From: Candidatus Heimdallarchaeota archaeon
GTDB taxonomy: Archaea; Asgardarchaeota; Heimdallarchaeia; Hodarchaeales; Hodarchaeaceae
Reading direction: 5' to 3'
Assembly (NCBI GenBank): GCA_020353515.1
Contig: CP070695.1
Span: forward strand, 1,170,660-1,234,659
Length of the DNA: 64,000 nucleotides
The position numbers and the translations under genes were made by a program. The number at the start of each line of letters is the position of its first letter. Positions within the stretch are counted from its first letter, which is position 1. Shown here one piece after another: positions 9,512-19,813 of the stretch. Under the pieces are notes generated by a model. It ran no database searches, had not been told where the DNA came from, and saw only the letters and a list, made by a program, of their open reading frames with translations.

Positions 9512-11008
9512 TTACGCCACATCGATAGGATTTGGAACAGATTGGATTACTTGTTGGTTTATTGGAAATTCCAAAGATGGTTTTCGGGGAGGTATGCGGA
9601 AATTAGTGAAACTAATGACCATTACTACTAAGTAAGTTGCATAGAATATCAATGCCGATGTATTATACACAAAAATGAAGAGTAACAAGAAGAAAAAGAT
9701 CGCTAAACATGCTTCGAAGATTTTAATGCTCGTATCAGTAGTTGGGATGTTCTTACTAACACGTTGGACACGATAGAATGCCCTTTTTCTTCCAAAAATA
9801 GCGCCAGTAAAGGCCACCACACCTGGTACAAGGCAAACAATGCTATTCAATGGCAATAATAGATAATATAGAAGATCACTTACCTCACCATATTTGATAA
9901 CCATATAAACTAAGAAGAACGTATTTGTGCTTCCTAATAAGGAAAAGAGAGTTAATGTTATTCCAATCCACGATTCAAATGAGATTTCAAAATAGAAAAC
10001 GAAAAACATAAGGAATGGTAAAAGAAGTAGGAGATAAGGTAATAATGGTCCTAGAACTACTTTAATCACAATTTGTAGATTAGTAAAGAGTTGTATCCGA
10101 TTTTCGGAATCATGAGCCATTTTTTTGATTATTTGGCATTGACCATGAGATAATCGCGCCCATTTCTTTTTTCCATCCTTTAGGCTATAAATAATTCCTT
10201 CATCAAATACAACAGCTTTACTTTCAAACCATACACGCCATTTACCGACAGCAGTGGCATAATAACCCATACAACCATCTTCTTGGGTTGTATCCCAACA
10301 AAATTGTTCTGCAACTTCCCGACGAAGAGAAACTCCACTACCTAAAAAACCAACTGGGATACCTACAACAGATTCAATAAAATTCCGAATAAAATAACAA
10401 TGATTTGTTATTCGCACCCAGCGAGCGAAAATGTCTTTATGACGACGATGTACAACTACACGAGGTAAAACGAGTCCGATTTCTTTACGGGAATAGTGTG
10501 GTACAATATTCCGAAGATAGTGGGGATCTAGATAAGAATCACCATCTATAACTACAAATATATCCCCATGACTAATTTGAGTAGCAATATTCAGTGATCC
10601 CGCCTTAAATTGAGTTGAGGTATCTGTAGGGGTACCAAAACGATCTACAAAAACCAATGAAACCCTCATTAAGGTTCTACGTCTAAATTCGGAGACAACT
10701 TTTTTCAGAGCTTCAATGATTTCTTTATCATCACTCTGATCTAGAATTACGATTTCGATCTTATTTTTTGGATAACTTTGACAATAAATACTTTCAAGAA
10801 TCAAACGTATCATATCAGGACGTTCATTATAGATAGGTAATTGAATGGTTACCATAGGAAAATAATCTGTGGGTAAATTGAAGTTGAATGGCCCATTTTT
10901 TAAACAGATTAATAAAAAACGAAAAAAAATGTAAAGAAAATTGAGGGCCCAAATATTGAGTAAGAATATAACTGTTAAATAGACTCCTACAATGAATTCT
11001 TTCAACAT
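9512..11008 (-). CDS. Membrane GT2 glycosyltransferase, cellulose-synthase-like (CslA-like)
   Basis: QLPIYNE, ILDQSDD, FKAGSLN, VIDGD, TQED; N- and C-terminal TM helices. The QxxRW position reads KWARL. Confidence 0.85.
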   Translation of the reverse strand: MLKEFIVGVYLTVIFLLNIWALNFLYIFFRFLLICLKNGPFNFNLPTDYFPMVTIQLPIYNERPDMIRLILESIYCQSYPKNKIEIVILDQSDDKEIIEALKKVVSEFRRRTLMRVSLVFVDRFGTPTDTSTQFKAGSLNIATQISHGDIFVVIDGDSYLDPHYLRNIVPHYSRKEIGLVLPRVVVHRRHKDIFARWVRITNHCYFIRNFIESVVGIPVGFLGSGVSLRREVAEQFCWDTTQEDGCMGYYATAVGKWRVWFESKAVVFDEGIIYSLKDGKKKWARLSHGQCQIIKKMAHDSENRIQLFTNLQIVIKVVLGPLLPYLLLLLPFLMFFVFYFEISFESWIGITLTLFSLLGSTNTFFLVYMVIKYGEVSDLLYYLLLPLNSIVCLVPGVVAFTGAIFGRKRAFYRVQRVSKNIPTTDTSIKIFEACLAIFFFLLLFIFVYNTSALIFYATYLVVMVISFTNFRIPPRKPSLEFPINQQVIQSVPNPIDVA

Positions 11009-11160
11009 ATCATCCTCTCTTATTGTGTCCTGACTGTGTAATTATACGCTGTCTTTAAGAATTGCACCTTCGAGGTATCTTTATATTTTTTCAATTCACG
11101 AATTCATCTCCGAATCAACAGGAAAAAAGAAAAGGAGAGAATGGCTCCCTTCAAAGAAAC

Positions 11161-12882
11161 CTAGACCAAGTAATCTCTGGTTGGGACTCGTTGAGTAAGA
11201 ACGAATATATAAAAACCAACAGTCAGAATGGTACCAATGACAGCTTCAGGGAGAATCTCAAGAAGAGTGCGTTTATCCAAGATGATACTGAATGGATCGA
11301 AATAACCGAAGGGTGTTAAGAATCGCATCCAAGAGAGATCACTTCCTGGTAGAAAAGCAATGAAGATTATTAGAACAAAAAAGACCCATCCAATTATTAG
11401 TGTTTTGAGAGCGTGTTTGGAAGGAACTAGAAGCGCCAGTGCCAGGAAAAACACAAAGATCACACAATAACCCCATACAGAGATAAGATAGCTTACTAAG
11501 GTGGGCATAATCCCGTGTTTAGAAATACGACCAAGAAGACCTTCCATAATGAAAAGAGTGGAGACCTGAGCAAGGCTTATGAGTAAGAAATAGACGAGAG
11601 CTGCCATAGTTCTGCTTATGAAAATACGCGTTCCAGTCTTTGGAAGAACCCATGTAATCTCAGCATATCCATTTTTGTAATCTCGTGTCAAAATATCATA
11701 AATGAAAACTAGAAAGAGCGGCGCAATAATCATCCAAGTGAAACTATAGATCTCAAAGGCCAGAAATGTTTCCAAGGGTCTTTCAATAATAGTATCTGAA
11801 ATTTTGTTCCCAAAAAGTAATGCTTCCATAAACGGCATGTTGAAACTCTGTAATACTTCACCAAGTTCTTCTTCCATATACATCCCAATGACATAGAAGG
11901 CATAAAATATCATAAACCCTAGATAAATGATGAAGAGAGCCGCACTGGCATGGAATTGATCTCTAACAGCGGGATATTTCCATCCTAGCCTTCCGAGTAA
12001 CTTATCCATTGGAGCACGAATACTAGATATTTTATCAGAAAACTTTACTTGGATTCCTTCTTCTGATTCTTCCACAATTGTTTGTTGTTGGACTCCTGTT
12101 TCCAAAAAATCCTTTCTATAAAATAAAACAATTGAAGCAACAACTAAGATTGAGACAAGCACAATTACTAATAGAAGAAACTCCCCATTCCAACTACCTG
12201 ACAGGCTGTTATTGACAACTTCTGCTTGCGAAAATAAGCTTAATTGACGTAGAGAATCAAGATCACTTATTTGGTTGGCTGTTAACTCCGCAACAATTGA
12301 AAAAACGATATACAATCCACCAATGGCATATCCAGTGACTTTAGAGAAATTAATAGAACACCCGAAAGCAGTGAGAAAAGTTATAGCTATTACGAGCATT
12401 ACTGCTAAAGAAAAACAGATTGTAATGTTTGGAGCAGCATCCCAAGCGTTATTAATGTAGAGAAGAGCCAGAGAAACTATATAACTGGGAAGAGTAAGCA
12501 AACCAATCAAAAGGACAACAGTTACTGAATTTTCTAAGAATGAAATGGTTAGTGATTTTGGAGTAGAGAAAAGGATTTCTTTACCGTCACTTTCTTTAAT
12601 AGGTAATAAGCTAGTCCCAAGAAATACACCAGCAACAGGTAGATACAACGAAAGACTAAAACCACAAAAGAAAATCAGCCACAGAGAAAAACCAGGATTA
12701 TCGGTAGGAAAGTCACCCAGAAATGTCATGAGTTGGATGAATTCTACCAAGGTTTCTTCTCCAGGATAAAACATGGCAATGCCAGTTATTAAGAAAACAT
12801 AGAGAAAAATCGCTAGCCCAACAACAGTTCTATGACGGTAGCTATGAAGATAAAAACGCTGAAGTGTTCTCGAAATGCTCAT
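11161..12882 (-). CDS. ABC-2 type exporter permease (two fused membrane domains)
   Basis: About 12 TM helices in two similar halves (GKEILFSTP / GYAEITWVLP); overlaps the ATPase stop by 4 bp. Confidence 0.85.
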   Translation of the reverse strand: MSISRTLQRFYLHSYRHRTVVGLAIFLYVFLITGIAMFYPGEETLVEFIQLMTFLGDFPTDNPGFSLWLIFFCGFSLSLYLPVAGVFLGTSLLPIKESDGKEILFSTPKSLTISFLENSVTVVLLIGLLTLPSYIVSLALLYINNAWDAAPNITICFSLAVMLVIAITFLTAFGCSINFSKVTGYAIGGLYIVFSIVAELTANQISDLDSLRQLSLFSQAEVVNNSLSGSWNGEFLLLVIVLVSILVVASIVLFYRKDFLETGVQQQTIVEESEEGIQVKFSDKISSIRAPMDKLLGRLGWKYPAVRDQFHASAALFIIYLGFMIFYAFYVIGMYMEEELGEVLQSFNMPFMEALLFGNKISDTIIERPLETFLAFEIYSFTWMIIAPLFLVFIYDILTRDYKNGYAEITWVLPKTGTRIFISRTMAALVYFLLISLAQVSTLFIMEGLLGRISKHGIMPTLVSYLISVWGYCVIFVFFLALALLVPSKHALKTLIIGWVFFVLIIFIAFLPGSDLSWMRFLTPFGYFDPFSIILDKRTLLEILPEAVIGTILTVGFYIFVLTQRVPTRDYLV

Positions 12883-13787
12883 TTCGCACCCTCTTCTTGT
12901 CCTTTGTAAAATTGCAAGAAGTAGTCCTCAAGACTCGCGGGAGGAAACACAATCTCCTCTGGTTTCATCGGAATGAGAACCTCTAGATAACTATCGATAG
13001 AATCTGACTGAGGAACAAGAATTCGTGCCCGATTTTCTTCCAATTCGAGAAGTTTATCACCAAAAGTTTGAAGTTGGTCATTATTTGGTGCACGAAGGGT
13101 CACCTCCAAAACTCGGGAAACTTCCTTGTTAAGACTGTCAACATCAACCACACTAATCAGATGACCGTCCCTAACAATCCCAACACGATCACAAATACGT
13201 TGAACCTCAGCTAAGTTATGACTGCTGAAAAATATTGTTTTTCCACGACTTTTTGCGTCTAGAATGAGATCGTAGGTCTCCTGTTGAAGGAGAGGATCAA
13301 GCCCAGATGTTGGTTCGTCTAGGATCAATACATCAGGGTCATGCATGAAGGCAGCAATAATACTGACTTTTTGTTTGTTCCCTTTAGATAACTCCCCAAT
13401 CTTTTTCTTTGCGGGCAGATCGAATCGTTTGATAAGCTCTTCTCGTCTGGTACTTGGCGTACCCCGCATACTCTCAATATATGTCAAGAAATCGTTAGCT
13501 GTATAACCAGTGGGGAGAATTCCAGCTTCTGCAATATAACCGATGTTTTCACGTAACTTCGGATTTTTACGTTCCACCTTGCTGCCATTAATCCAGATTT
13601 CACCTGTGGTAGGTAATAGAATATTCATCATACATCGAATGGTAGTGGTTTTTCCAGCTCCGTTTGGTCCAAGAAAGCCAAAGATTTCTCCACTATAGAT
13701 TTCCAGGCTTAAATTCTCGATACCTCGTTGTTTTCCATAAAATTTAGTTAGATTTTGGATTTTAATTTTGGTTTCCATTTTTTTCAC
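12879..13787 (-). CDS. ABC-2 type exporter ATP-binding protein
   Basis: GPNGAGKTT, LSKGNKQK, ILDEPTSGLDP, SSHNL. Confidence 0.95.
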   Translation of the reverse strand: MKKMETKIKIQNLTKFYGKQRGIENLSLEIYSGEIFGFLGPNGAGKTTTIRCMMNILLPTTGEIWINGSKVERKNPKLRENIGYIAEAGILPTGYTANDFLTYIESMRGTPSTRREELIKRFDLPAKKKIGELSKGNKQKVSIIAAFMHDPDVLILDEPTSGLDPLLQQETYDLILDAKSRGKTIFFSSHNLAEVQRICDRVGIVRDGHLISVVDVDSLNKEVSRVLEVTLRAPNNDQLQTFGDKLLELEENRARILVPQSDSIDSYLEVLIPMKPEEIVFPPASLEDYFLQFYKGQEEGAK

Positions 13788-13926
13788 AATTCTGCAATTT
13801 GCGTGATTACTGCAAATTTCATTCGGTTTCTGGGCAGAATAGATCTAGTTTTAGTTTATAAATTTTCCTAATTTGGAAAAATTGTGAAATAACGAAAATC
13901 TTATATTATTTTATTATGTCCTTTAA

Positions 13927-14484
13927 ATGATTATAGTGGCAACTAACCAACCGAATTCCCCTGAAAAGACACTCCAAGAATTCAAAAATAGTATTGTACA
14001 GCTATTTGAGGAAATCTGGACTCTTAGGGGGACTAATCCTATTGCGGGAAGATTATATGCTATAGTCTTATTATCAACCAAACCCTTCACTCAAAGAGAA
14101 CTGGTAATTGAATCTGGTTTTTCTCGTAGTCAAGTCTCTAAAACACTAAAAAATCTCGAGACCGCGCTTTTTGTAACAAAGAGTAGGCAGAAGGGATCTA
14201 GGGAGAAGATTTACTCTGTGGGTTCGGGATCATTTCTTAAGATATTTTCCCAAAGAATGAAAATAGCCTCTGAAGTGCTCAGAACACAAATGGAAAATTT
14301 AGAAAAACATGAGAAAGCATGGTTGGAATTACCCAAGGAGATTCAAGACACTCCTGAGGCAAGGCGCGTTTTAGAGGTTGGGGAAACTTTCTACAACTAC
14401 TATGACTTCTATCTTAGTTCAATGGAAAAAGTTATCAAAGATATTGAAACCAAAATCAAGCAATTAGAAGATCAATTGAGATGA
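13927..14484 (+). CDS. GbsR/MarR-family winged-helix transcription regulator
   Basis: GRLYAIVLLS..PFTQRELVIESGFSRSQVSKTLKNL helix-turn-helix, wing GSREKIY, helical tail; divergent from the ABC-2 operon. Confidence 0.85.
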   Translation: MIIVATNQPNSPEKTLQEFKNSIVQLFEEIWTLRGTNPIAGRLYAIVLLSTKPFTQRELVIESGFSRSQVSKTLKNLETALFVTKSRQKGSREKIYSVGSGSFLKIFSQRMKIASEVLRTQMENLEKHEKAWLELPKEIQDTPEARRVLEVGETFYNYYDFYLSSMEKVIKDIETKIKQLEDQLR

Positions 14485-14501
14485 TGCAGTTAACATCAGA
14501 G

Positions 14502-14867
14502 CTATTGAAGAAAACTAGTGAGATGATCAATAGACCTAATCAGTGGTAGTTTTTTCCCATTAAACACAAATCGGGGAGTTCTCATTGAGCCCTTAAACAT
14601 TAGCTTTATTCGCTGTGTTACATGCTGTGAGATATCTACAACTTCAATCGTTATGCCTGTATTTTCATGAAGTTTTTCAGCAATCATCAATGCCTCCCAA
14701 TCTGCATCAGAATAATATCTATCATGGTAATATGTCCCTTTTTTAAATTCAAGAAAGGGTCTCCATGCCCGAGAACACCCATGTGTTCCTCCACGTCTAT
14801 CTACTACTCCATCTGTATCTATACCACTCGACTGTACGTAAAGGACAATTTTTCCACTAGTTTTCAA
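14502..14867 (-). CDS. Hypothetical protein, possible thioredoxin/glutaredoxin-like fold
   Basis: IEVVDIS...RTPRFVFNGKK resembles the cis-Pro region of Trx folds; single Cys, no CxxC. Confidence 0.5.
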   Translation of the reverse strand: MKTSGKIVLYVQSSGIDTDGVVDRRGGTHGCSRAWRPFLEFKKGTYYHDRYYSDADWEALMIAEKLHENTGITIEVVDISQHVTQRIKLMFKGSMRTPRFVFNGKKLPLIRSIDHLTSFLQ

Positions 14868-15160
14868 AATGTGTCACTTCTCTGACTGCGAAATTTCCTC
14901 TCTTAAATAAACTTGTGACTTCTGCAAATTTTGCGGCTTAATAATCTTAATCTGAAAACATTGAAACTTTATAAAGCTAGTAATATTCTGAAAAAAGGCG
15001 TAAGATACAAAATTGATGTATCATATTAACGAATGAATTACTTTCAACAAAATAATGATTCAAAATAAGGTAAGGTTCAAAAAATACAACGTAAAATACT
15101 GTTAATAACACTGTGAACTCTTTTTCAAAATATACGAAGTGTCAGGATGATCTCTTGTTG

Positions 15161-17278
15161 ATGGTGAAATTATCTCAGCGATTCTTCTCTCCTATTCTAC
15201 TAATTTTCCTCTTTATTCTTTACATCAATCAATCTGGATCTATACTGAATGTTAATAGCACAAAACTCGCATCAAGTAATTCTGATAACATCCTCCTTTC
15301 GGATTTCACCTCAAATACTACTTTAAAAAGCTATAAGGATTTAGAAAAGGTGAGTGAGGATGGTACCTATGTTTTTCATTCAGAAGAAGCTTTTGATGGG
15401 TATAATTTCTTTCAGTTTCGAAATTTTTCGAAGAAAGAATATAATTTTCGAATAACTGATATGGAGGGAAAGATAATCCGAGAATTTCCTGGAAATAATA
15501 CCTTCAGTTATGGGCACATGATTAATTCCACAACCATATTACTATATACAACGGGAGGTACATACTTCTGGAACATTGAAACAGGTGATTATCACAGATT
15601 TCCACTTGGTAGTCATCATGATATTTCCTATAATCCTAGAACGAAAACTTTTATGACGATGAAAGAATCAAAAGTCTACCAAGGACAATATGCTTATCGT
15701 TATGATATTATTCGGGAAGTGAATATGGTTGGAGAGATAATTTGGGAATTAAATACTAGTTCTTTTGTCCCTTTTGAATGGTGGTCTGGAGAGTATGATG
15801 GAGCAGTAAGAGATATAACACACTCAAATTCTTTATTTTGGGACATAGAAGAAGATATGATCTATCTGTTATGTCGAAACTTAAATACATTTTTCAAGAT
15901 CAACCATTCATCAGGAGAAATTGTTTGGGGGTTAGGAGAGTTCGGGAATTTTGCACTACTCGATGATAAGGGGAATCGTCGTCAAAATCTTTTTTCTCAT
16001 GCTCATGCACTGGAGAAAGTGGATAATGATACCTTTATTCTATTTGATAATGACTATCTAAACCAAACAGATCCTCAAAATTGCCGATCACAACTACTTG
16101 AAATAACCATTAATGAAACTAGCATGATAGCTAAAACGTCTTGGTTTTGGAGAGCATCACCTAGATATTATAGTGCTTATTGGGGTGATGCAGATAGATT
16201 ACCAAACGGAAATCGGTTTGGCACATTTGGTACTAAGAGTCATATTGATACAGACATTGGTCCAAGATTGGTAGAGGTTAATGAATCTGGACATATAGTA
16301 TGGGAGATGTACTATAAAGGAAGTACATTAGGTATCTATAAAGCTGAAAGATTCAAATTGAACCCAATTCTAAACTCCCCTGAGGACGTAATTATTCAAA
16401 AAAATGAGATTTATAGGTTATCATGGCAGACGTGGTACAATGCTCGCACTAGACTGAAAATGAATGGTTCATATACTTTATATCAGAATGAACAAGTTAT
16501 TGATGCTGGAGATATAATTTTTAACCAATTTTGGCTTCCTACAACCCTAACATTTGAATTAGACTCGTTCAAATTAGGAGAATATAATTTTACTTTAGTT
16601 GTATTTGATGAAGGAGGACATTTTGTTAAAGATTCAGTTAATGTTACAGTAAAATATCTCATTTATCGTGAAGGCCCGAACCAAATTGAACTTGGACAAG
16701 AAAATGTAAAAATTCGTTGGATTGGTGCAAACATACCTTCAATCACAGGAAAAATCTTTGTAAATAACACTCTAACAAAAACTTTTGCTTGGAATGGGTC
16801 AGAAGAAATTTTCGATCTAGATTCTTTGCAACCAGGTAAACATAATATTTCTTTTCAGCTATTTGATTTAGAGAAATTAGATTTTTATGATCAATTTTGG
16901 ATAACAGTTCATTCACCATCACCTCCAAAAATCACTGATGCGCCTGAGGATTTCTGGGTATGGTCAAATCAAACCAATGTTACTTTAATGTGGAAAGCTC
17001 GTGATATTTCTCCTAAAACTTATTCGATATATGTTGATGATCTATTATATGAAACAGATGCTTGGAACGGTTCTGATATTATTTTTAACTATAATTTACC
17101 CTCGGAAGGCGAAGTTTCCATCACATTATTCTTGTATGACGTCCTAGGTAACAGTGTTGAAGATATCGTCATCATTGAAGTTCGTACTTTACCAACAACT
17201 AAAGCAAATTTCTCAGTTATTGGTCTCCTTCTAGGATTAGGAATAATTCTGAAGAAAAAAAGAAGTAAATTTAACTGA
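15161..17278 (+). CDS. Cell-surface aryl-sulfate sulfotransferase (ASST family) with Ig-like repeats and a C-terminal membrane anchor
   Basis: SHHDI, THSNSL, LCRN, HAHA, LFDN, WGDADRLPNGN motifs; N-terminal signal; hydrophobic tail plus KKKRSK. Confidence 0.85.
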   Translation: MVKLSQRFFSPILLIFLFILYINQSGSILNVNSTKLASSNSDNILLSDFTSNTTLKSYKDLEKVSEDGTYVFHSEEAFDGYNFFQFRNFSKKEYNFRITDMEGKIIREFPGNNTFSYGHMINSTTILLYTTGGTYFWNIETGDYHRFPLGSHHDISYNPRTKTFMTMKESKVYQGQYAYRYDIIREVNMVGEIIWELNTSSFVPFEWWSGEYDGAVRDITHSNSLFWDIEEDMIYLLCRNLNTFFKINHSSGEIVWGLGEFGNFALLDDKGNRRQNLFSHAHALEKVDNDTFILFDNDYLNQTDPQNCRSQLLEITINETSMIAKTSWFWRASPRYYSAYWGDADRLPNGNRFGTFGTKSHIDTDIGPRLVEVNESGHIVWEMYYKGSTLGIYKAERFKLNPILNSPEDVIIQKNEIYRLSWQTWYNARTRLKMNGSYTLYQNEQVIDAGDIIFNQFWLPTTLTFELDSFKLGEYNFTLVVFDEGGHFVKDSVNVTVKYLIYREGPNQIELGQENVKIRWIGANIPSITGKIFVNNTLTKTFAWNGSEEIFDLDSLQPGKHNISFQLFDLEKLDFYDQFWITVHSPSPPKITDAPEDFWVWSNQTNVTLMWKARDISPKTYSIYVDDLLYETDAWNGSDIIFNYNLPSEGEVSITLFLYDVLGNSVEDIVIIEVRTLPTTKANFSVIGLLLGLGIILKKKRSKFN

Positions 17279-17296
17279 TCAAGATCTTCATGATGA

Positions 17297-18619
17297 TCAA
17301 TCTGTGGAGACTGATTCCTTTACAAGTAAAGTTTCTTTGACACGTAGGAAAAATGGGATTGAGAGAATAAAAAATAAACTCCCAAGTGGGAAAATCCATG
17401 CAATTCCTAGAGCAGTTGCAGATGCTACAAGACCCGCAGCCGTCGCTCCCACAATTTGAGATATTGTATAGATAAAATTCAAAAGTCCATAGAAAGTTCC
17501 TCTTTTTTCGTCTGGTAGTAAATCCTGTGACCATGCTTGTAATGGGGTAGCTAAACCAAGTAATCCTACAATTATAAAGGGGAAACACAAATACAGAAGA
17601 GGGAGATTAACATCATCACCGCTTTTGACGAATAAAACAAGGCTGATTCCGATAGCAACTATAAAGATTGCTATTGGAACGAATTTCTTGCGACCATATT
17701 GATCAGAGAATCGACCAAGAAAATAAGTAACAATAAACATTATGGGAAAGCTAATCAGAACAGTAAAAACTAATTCTAAGGTGGACAAACCTAATGAAAA
17801 AATAAAGATGAATAGGAAAGGCATAATTGCGGCAATTCCTGATTGGAAGATCGTATAGGCGAGTGTAATTTTAAAAAATTCTTTCTGCTTTTTTAATTCA
17901 AGAAAGTTAAAGATATTGGATAATTCTTCGATAAAACCTTTTTTTGGTGGCAGGTTATCTAATGAGGGTTCTTTAGCGAGAAAGAATCCTATAATTGAGC
18001 AGATTATGATAGCTAGACCACCTATCATCATCACAAATAAGTGTCCCTCTTTCGTGATAATGGTACCTGATGGATCCTTTGGATTCTCAATTGCAAAGAT
18101 CTCATTGGCGACAAGAAACCCAGCAATTGCCAATAACAAACCCATATAACCAATAATACTAATTATTCCATTTGCACGTCCTCTATATTCAGGTTCCACT
18201 ATATCAGGGATTAATGCTCTCTCTGAAACATAGTAAGCATTTGAAAACATTCCAATAAGGAATGCATCAATCACTACTGCTACTAGAAAATTTTGAGAAA
18301 ATGCAAATAGAATCATGAATATTCCAGAGAATAACCCACCAATAAGAAAAAAGGGTTTTCTTCTTCCGAATCTTGTCCGTGAATTGTCTGATAAAATTCC
18401 AAATGTAAGATTCATTATCAGACCAACTGCAGCGGATAAAGACACCATTATTGACACAGAAATCGCTGGTTCCCATAAGACGTGGGAAAGATAAGTATTC
18501 ATGAAGTTCTGTTCAAAAAATCCAAAGATATTTTCACCAGCAAACAATATACCAATTATCACAGACTGAATAACTACTATTTTTGGTAGTCTTGGTTTAT
18601 CTGGAACATATTCTTCCAT
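17297..18619 (-). CDS. MFS transporter (GPH/sugar-like)
   Basis: 12 TM; GILSDNSRTRFGRRKPF and GRFSDQYGRKK motif A. Confidence 0.9.
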   Translation of the reverse strand: MEEYVPDKPRLPKIVVIQSVIIGILFAGENIFGFFEQNFMNTYLSHVLWEPAISVSIMVSLSAAVGLIMNLTFGILSDNSRTRFGRRKPFFLIGGLFSGIFMILFAFSQNFLVAVVIDAFLIGMFSNAYYVSERALIPDIVEPEYRGRANGIISIIGYMGLLLAIAGFLVANEIFAIENPKDPSGTIITKEGHLFVMMIGGLAIIICSIIGFFLAKEPSLDNLPPKKGFIEELSNIFNFLELKKQKEFFKITLAYTIFQSGIAAIMPFLFIFIFSLGLSTLELVFTVLISFPIMFIVTYFLGRFSDQYGRKKFVPIAIFIVAIGISLVLFVKSGDDVNLPLLYLCFPFIIVGLLGLATPLQAWSQDLLPDEKRGTFYGLLNFIYTISQIVGATAAGLVASATALGIAWIFPLGSLFFILSIPFFLRVKETLLVKESVSTD

Positions 18620-18732
18620 TCTTTTCCCAACAATAATTCTTTTTTTAGAAAATTAATGTTTCATTTGTCCTATTCAGTCAGCTTAAATTTCTTTCATAAG
18701 ACTTTTAGAAAATAATACCAAACAAGCGTATA

Positions 18733-19794
18733 ATGAAACTAGGTTTAGCTGTACAATCTCTATATAATTCCTTGAAGAAAGTTCCCACACCCAAGAGTAT
18801 TACAAGCAATGAAATTGTCAGAAAGGCAATTGAATTTGACAAACCACCAAGAATTCCTTATTGTATGTTTTTTCATCCTACGAGAGGTGATATTTTTGAT
18901 ATTGGGTTTATTGGGAAATGGTTAAGACCCAATAAGCCGAAATTCAAAAATGGTTTTTATTTCGATGAATGGGGTGTCAAATGGCAGGTCACAGGACGGT
19001 GGTGGGACACTGCAGTTGAACATCCGTTGGCTGATTTACGTGTTTTACAGGACTATCAATTTCCTAGAATAGTTCCAAGAGGGATGTACCCAGTATTCAG
19101 AACTCTTGCTAGATTAGCTCGACGTAAAGGAAAGTATATTGTTGTTCCAAACTTAGTTGATATGTATGAAAGAATGAGAGCATTAATGGGCTTCGAAGAG
19201 TTGATGGTGGCTCCATATAAGCAGCCAAACTTATTGGAAGAGCTTTTAGATCATTTGGCTAATATGACAATTGAGATTATTGAAAAGTATGGTAAAACAG
19301 ATTTATTCGATGCTTTCATGACTTGGGAAGATTGGGGACTTCAAACAAGTCTTCAGATGAAAATAGAGACCTTTCGCCAATTCTATAAGCCTAGATATAA
19401 ACGTATCATAGATACTACTCATTCTAACGACATGCACTTCATCTGGCACTGTTGTGGGTATATTATGGATTTGATTCCGGAAATGATTGATTTAGGTGTT
19501 GATGTAATCCAAATAGATCAACCTCGATTAATGGGACATCAAGAGCTAATTGATCAGCTTGGTAGGAAAATGTGCATGTGGAATTGTGTAGATATTCAGT
19601 GGAGTAATAGATCGGAAAGAACTGAAGAAGAAATTTGTACCGAAATCAAAGAAATGATTCAGACCTATAACGTACCTAAATATTCAGGGGGATTCATCTT
19701 TCGTAATTATCCTGATCCAGAAGATATTTCCATATCAAAAGACCGTCAAATTTTAATCAATCGAACTTTCTTAGATTTCATTAATGGGAAGTGA
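18733..19794 (+). CDS. Uroporphyrinogen decarboxylase / MtaA-CmuA superfamily protein
   Basis: DEWGVKW, RALMGFEELM, EDWGLQTSL, FRQFYKPRYK, WHCCG, GGFIF. Confidence 0.85.
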   Translation: MKLGLAVQSLYNSLKKVPTPKSITSNEIVRKAIEFDKPPRIPYCMFFHPTRGDIFDIGFIGKWLRPNKPKFKNGFYFDEWGVKWQVTGRWWDTAVEHPLADLRVLQDYQFPRIVPRGMYPVFRTLARLARRKGKYIVVPNLVDMYERMRALMGFEELMVAPYKQPNLLEELLDHLANMTIEIIEKYGKTDLFDAFMTWEDWGLQTSLQMKIETFRQFYKPRYKRIIDTTHSNDMHFIWHCCGYIMDLIPEMIDLGVDVIQIDQPRLMGHQELIDQLGRKMCMWNCVDIQWSNRSERTEEEICTEIKEMIQTYNVPKYSGGFIFRNYPDPEDISISKDRQILINRTFLDFINGK

Positions 19795-19813
19795 AGACTC
19801 AAGGTAGATAAAT

